Assembly: GCA_964448115.1 (NCBI GenBank) | Contig: CAYUVA010000009.1 | Coordinates: 1-64,000, forward strand | Length of the DNA stretch: 64,000 nucleotides | Direction: 5' to 3' | Source: an uncultured bacterium | Lineage (GTDB): Bacteria > CAYUVA01 | Shown: positions 60,670-64,000 of the stretch, one piece after another | Numbering within the stretch: the first letter of the stretch is position 1 | Layout: each line of letters begins with the position of its first letter | Translations under genes and position numbers: made by a program | Notes under the pieces: generated by a model | Database searches by the model: none | What the model was told of the DNA's origin: nothing | What the model saw: the letters and a program-made list of their open reading frames with translations, nothing else

Positions 60670-62514
60670 ATGGGTAGAATAAAAGTCATGTCACCGATTC
60701 TGGCTGATATGATCGCTGCTGGCGAGGTGGTAGAACGCCCGGAGTCAGTTGTCAAGGAGATTTTAGAGAACGCTATTGATGCCGAGGCAGACTATATTGA
60801 GCTTACCATTGAAGGTGGCGGAAAGAGGTTGATCGGCTGCAAGGACAATGGCTGCGGCATGGATGCGGATGATGCGGCTCTCGCATTTATGCGCCATGCC
60901 ACCAGCAAGATCTTCGAGCCGGAGGACCTGGAGGCGATACGAACCCTCGGCTTTCGCGGGGAAGCGCTGCCTAGCATAGCTTCAGTGGCAAGAGTTGAGG
61001 TCATAACCAAGAGTCCGACCTGCAAACTGGGAACCCATCTTAAGATACATGGCGGTGAGGTAGTATATAGCTGCCAGGTAGAGGCTCCTCAAGGAACTCA
61101 TATCAAGGTAATGGATCTGTTTTATAAGACACCGGCGCGCCGTAAATTCCTGAAGTCAGATGAGACCGAGGCAAGAAGATGCTTAAGTGTAATTGAGAGG
61201 ATCGCATTATTTTACAAGGAGATACATATCAATTACATAAAGGATGGCAAACAACTCATGACCGCCTTGCCGTCATCGGACTACCGTCAACGCATCGCCT
61301 CCATCTTTGGCAGCGATCTGGCAATAGGGCTGCTCGAGGTGAACTACCAGGCAGGCGAACTTGCATTGCACGGTTATATCAGCAAGCCGGGCAACTTCAA
61401 AAACAACCGCAATTACTTGATCCTATACTTGAATGGGAGATTGATCAAAGATCCAATCATCCAGTCCGCCATCCACAAGGGGTATGACCGATTGCTACCA
61501 TCTGGCAAGTACCCGGTTGCCATGCTCTTTTTATATATCAACCCTGCTGCGGTTGACATAAATATCCATCCAACCAAGCAGGAGGTTCGCTTCTCCAACA
61601 CCAGCGAGATCTTTGCTGCGGTCAATAATGCCGTATCAAGGGCTTTGCGAGGGATGACTCCACCTGACATGGACCTGGGGCATGATAGAGGCAGGAAAAG
61701 CAGCAAAGCAGGCAAGGTGGATGACAGCTTCTTCACGCCGCCACCTAGACCTGGTATCCAAGGCCAAATATCTCCGGATAGTGAGGGGAGTGCTGGGGAT
61801 ACTGGGAAATGGCGTGATTCCCCTGAAGATTCCTTCACTGGCAAGGCATCCATGCCCCAGATGAAGGAACTCGAACATGCGATCCCAGAGCGGGCAAAGT
61901 ACAATATAAACCAGGATGTAAAAGGAAGCCTCGATGTTGAAAGCTGGCAGGTCGTGGGACAGCTTTGGAATACTTATATAATCGTGCAAGGTACAGATGA
62001 GCTTCTTTTAGTAGATCAACATGTGGCTCACGAAAGAATAATCTACGAGGATCTAGTTGAGAAAATGAAGAAAGGCAAGCTCTTTATTCAATCGCTAGTA
62101 ACCCCATTGTGTATAAACCTGAAGCCAGATCATTATCAATTCGCGCTCAAGAATCTCGAGGCATTCGCATCACTTGGCTTCGACCTGGAGGACTTCGGAG
62201 AGAATACGCTTTTGCTGCGCGGTTTACCTTCCGGGCTTAAGATTAAGGATGTTGAGGGGCTTATACTTGATATACTGGAGGAATTGCTCGATGAAGAAAC
62301 GCCATCGAGCATAAATTCGCTGCGCGATGCGGTGCTGATATCGACTGCCTGCAAGGCAGCAATCAAGGCAAATCAGGCGCTAGATTTCCGCCAGATGCAG
62401 TCGCTTATAAAGCAGCTTGCACGAACTACCACACCTCATGTTTGTCCCCATGGCCGTCCGGTCATCATGCGCCTCTCCAAGGGCAAGGTAGATAGCAACT
62501 TTCAGAGACCATAG
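60670..62514 (+). CDS. mutL: DNA mismatch repair protein MutL
   Basis: IAAGEVVERP, GFRGEAL, DQHVAHER endonuclease motif, CPHGRP. Confidence 0.96.
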   Translation: MGRIKVMSPILADMIAAGEVVERPESVVKEILENAIDAEADYIELTIEGGGKRLIGCKDNGCGMDADDAALAFMRHATSKIFEPEDLEAIRTLGFRGEALPSIASVARVEVITKSPTCKLGTHLKIHGGEVVYSCQVEAPQGTHIKVMDLFYKTPARRKFLKSDETEARRCLSVIERIALFYKEIHINYIKDGKQLMTALPSSDYRQRIASIFGSDLAIGLLEVNYQAGELALHGYISKPGNFKNNRNYLILYLNGRLIKDPIIQSAIHKGYDRLLPSGKYPVAMLFLYINPAAVDINIHPTKQEVRFSNTSEIFAAVNNAVSRALRGMTPPDMDLGHDRGRKSSKAGKVDDSFFTPPPRPGIQGQISPDSEGSAGDTGKWRDSPEDSFTGKASMPQMKELEHAIPERAKYNINQDVKGSLDVESWQVVGQLWNTYIIVQGTDELLLVDQHVAHERIIYEDLVEKMKKGKLFIQSLVTPLCINLKPDHYQFALKNLEAFASLGFDLEDFGENTLLLRGLPSGLKIKDVEGLILDILEELLDEETPSSINSLRDAVLISTACKAAIKANQALDFRQMQSLIKQLARTTTPHVCPHGRPVIMRLSKGKVDSNFQRP

Positions 62515-62521
62515 ATAATCC

Positions 62522-63442
62522 ATGCCCATACTCGTCATCGCAGGTCCCACCGCAGTTGGCAAAACCAGCCTGGTTGTACAGCTTGGCAAACTACTGCCTA
62601 TCGAGGTGATCAACGCAGACTCCAGGCAGGTGTATCGCTACATGGATATCGGCTCGGCAAAACCGACCGCTGATGAACAGGAGATGGTAAAACATCATCT
62701 TATAGATGTCGTTTATCCGCATCAGGGATTCAGCGCCGGCGATTTCATGGTTCGAGGTAGATCTCTTATCGAGGAGATAATAAGTCGCGGAAAACTCCCG
62801 GTTATCGCCGGGGGCGCAGGCTTGTATATAAAAGCGCTTATTGATGGAATCTTCGAGGCACCGGTTATTCCCCAGGATTTTCGCTCTCAGGTCAGGGAAC
62901 AGGCAAAGGGGATAGACTCGACCAAGCTCCATGCACTATTGAAGAAGTGCGATCCAGTCTTCGCAGATAGGATAAACCCCAGGGATCGCTATCGGATACT
63001 GCGCGGATTGGAGGTGTACCGCTACTTTGGAAAGCCCATATCTGAGTTGCATAAGCAAAGGGTAGCTATCGAGGATAAGTATGACTTTAGCTTTATCTTC
63101 CTGGTTCGTCCTCGGCAAGTACTTTATGAGCGTATAGATGCTCGTGCAATCCAGATGATCGAACAGGGGCTGATCGATGAGACCAGGAGGCTTCTCGATA
63201 TGGGCTACACTCCTGATTTGAAATCAATGAGCGGAATGGGATACCGGGAGATGATCGACTACCATGCTGGCGAGATTACCTTGGAACAAGCCTTGCAGCA
63301 GATGTGTCAGCGTACCCGCAATTACGCTAAGAGGCAGCTTACCTGGTTCAAGAAGGATACAAGATACCGCTGGATAGACCTGGGCAATAGTACCGACTTT
63401 CATAAAACAGCAGTAGAGCTTTTGAAAATTGCAAAAACCTAG
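62522..63442 (+). CDS. miaA: tRNA dimethylallyltransferase
   Basis: GPTAVGKT, DSRQVY, GGAGLY, YAKRQLTW. Confidence 0.96.
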   Translation: MPILVIAGPTAVGKTSLVVQLGKLLPIEVINADSRQVYRYMDIGSAKPTADEQEMVKHHLIDVVYPHQGFSAGDFMVRGRSLIEEIISRGKLPVIAGGAGLYIKALIDGIFEAPVIPQDFRSQVREQAKGIDSTKLHALLKKCDPVFADRINPRDRYRILRGLEVYRYFGKPISELHKQRVAIEDKYDFSFIFLVRPRQVLYERIDARAIQMIEQGLIDETRRLLDMGYTPDLKSMSGMGYREMIDYHAGEITLEQALQQMCQRTRNYAKRQLTWFKKDTRYRWIDLGNSTDFHKTAVELLKIAKT

Positions 63443-63473
63443 GGTTCTAATATACTTTTACCAGATACCTTGA

Positions 63474-64000
63474 ATGAGCCAACCTATAGTAAAACAGGAA
63501 AAATCGGAACGAGCATTGCTGGTGGGAGTTGAGTTTTCACACGCCCTACTCGATCACCTTGAATATTCATTAGAGGAGCTTAAGCAACTAACCTTGGCAG
63601 CCGGGGCAATCTTCGTGGATGCAGTGTCAACAACTCGCCACGGACCGGATTCAGCCTATTTCATTGGCAAGGGCAAGGTAGAAGAGATAAAGGAACTGGT
63701 GGAGGATGAGAAAATAGATATAGTCATCTTCGATGATGCGCTTACTCCGTCACAGCAACGAAACCTTGAGGATGCGATCGAGTGCAAGGTGATCGACCGC
63801 GAGGCGCTGATCCTAGATGTTTTCGCTCGACGGGCAAAGACCTCAGAGGGCAAGCTACAGGTGGAGCTTGCCCAATACATGTACTATCTGCCCCGGCTTG
63901 CTGGATTATGGAAGCACTTCAGCAGGCTGGGAGGCGGCATCGGCACCAGGGGACCGGGTGAAACGCAGCTCGAATACGACCGCCGGGTAGTCAGAGAGCG
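63474..64000 (+). CDS. hflX: GTPase HflX (3'-truncated by window end; absent from the ORF track)
   Basis: Hand translation: MSQPIVKQEKSERALLVG..SLEELKQL..YFIGKGKVEE..LTPSQQRNLE..LILDVFARRAKTSEGKLQVELAQ..GGIGTRGPGETQLE. Confidence 0.95.
   Translation, partial: MSQPIVKQEKSERALLVGVEFSHALLDHLEYSLEELKQLTLAAGAIFVDAVSTTRHGPDSAYFIGKGKVEEIKELVEDEKIDIVIFDDALTPSQQRNLEDAIECKVIDREALILDVFARRAKTSEGKLQVELAQYMYYLPRLAGLWKHFSRLGGGIGTRGPGETQLEYDRRVVRE

Overview
Chromosomal window from a diderm (BamA-encoding), probably anaerobic bacterium; the draft assembly has N-gaps at 9598-9607 and 23700-23799. (1) 1-2860: AT-rich decayed island around tRNA-Arg(ACG). It holds an acidic protein whose gene appears to end in a ribosomal eL13-like domain, a shredded DEAD/DEAH-DUF1998-type helicase, an IS-like scrap and a truncated ApeA-like gene. 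(2) 2881-22314: envelope and glycosylation genes, large secreted proteins, pfpI-type gene, aldolase, TPP riboswitch-thiM, an OM beta-barrel and a TPR-TM-DUF4388 protein. (3) 22444-30040 (-): the strongest candidate for an undescribed system, comprising a double zinc-finger anti-sigma-like protein, a TPR-CHAT protease, a secreted beta-helix protein, an SD+hairpin element and a secreted repeat protein, with no sigma factor nearby. (4) 30272-46950: ppiD-like gene, porin and a nuoABCDGHIJKLMN operon lacking nuoEF. (5) HIT and DegT genes, then a 1.4-kb intergenic region with a pseudogene scrap, a parS-like site, an IHF-like site and mini-repeats. (6) clpC-bamA-HU, nrdJ with tandem NrdR boxes, dtd, MBL hydrolase, xerD, gamma-CA, mutL-miaA-hflX (no hfq). 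All family calls come from motif recognition by eye; no database searches were run.
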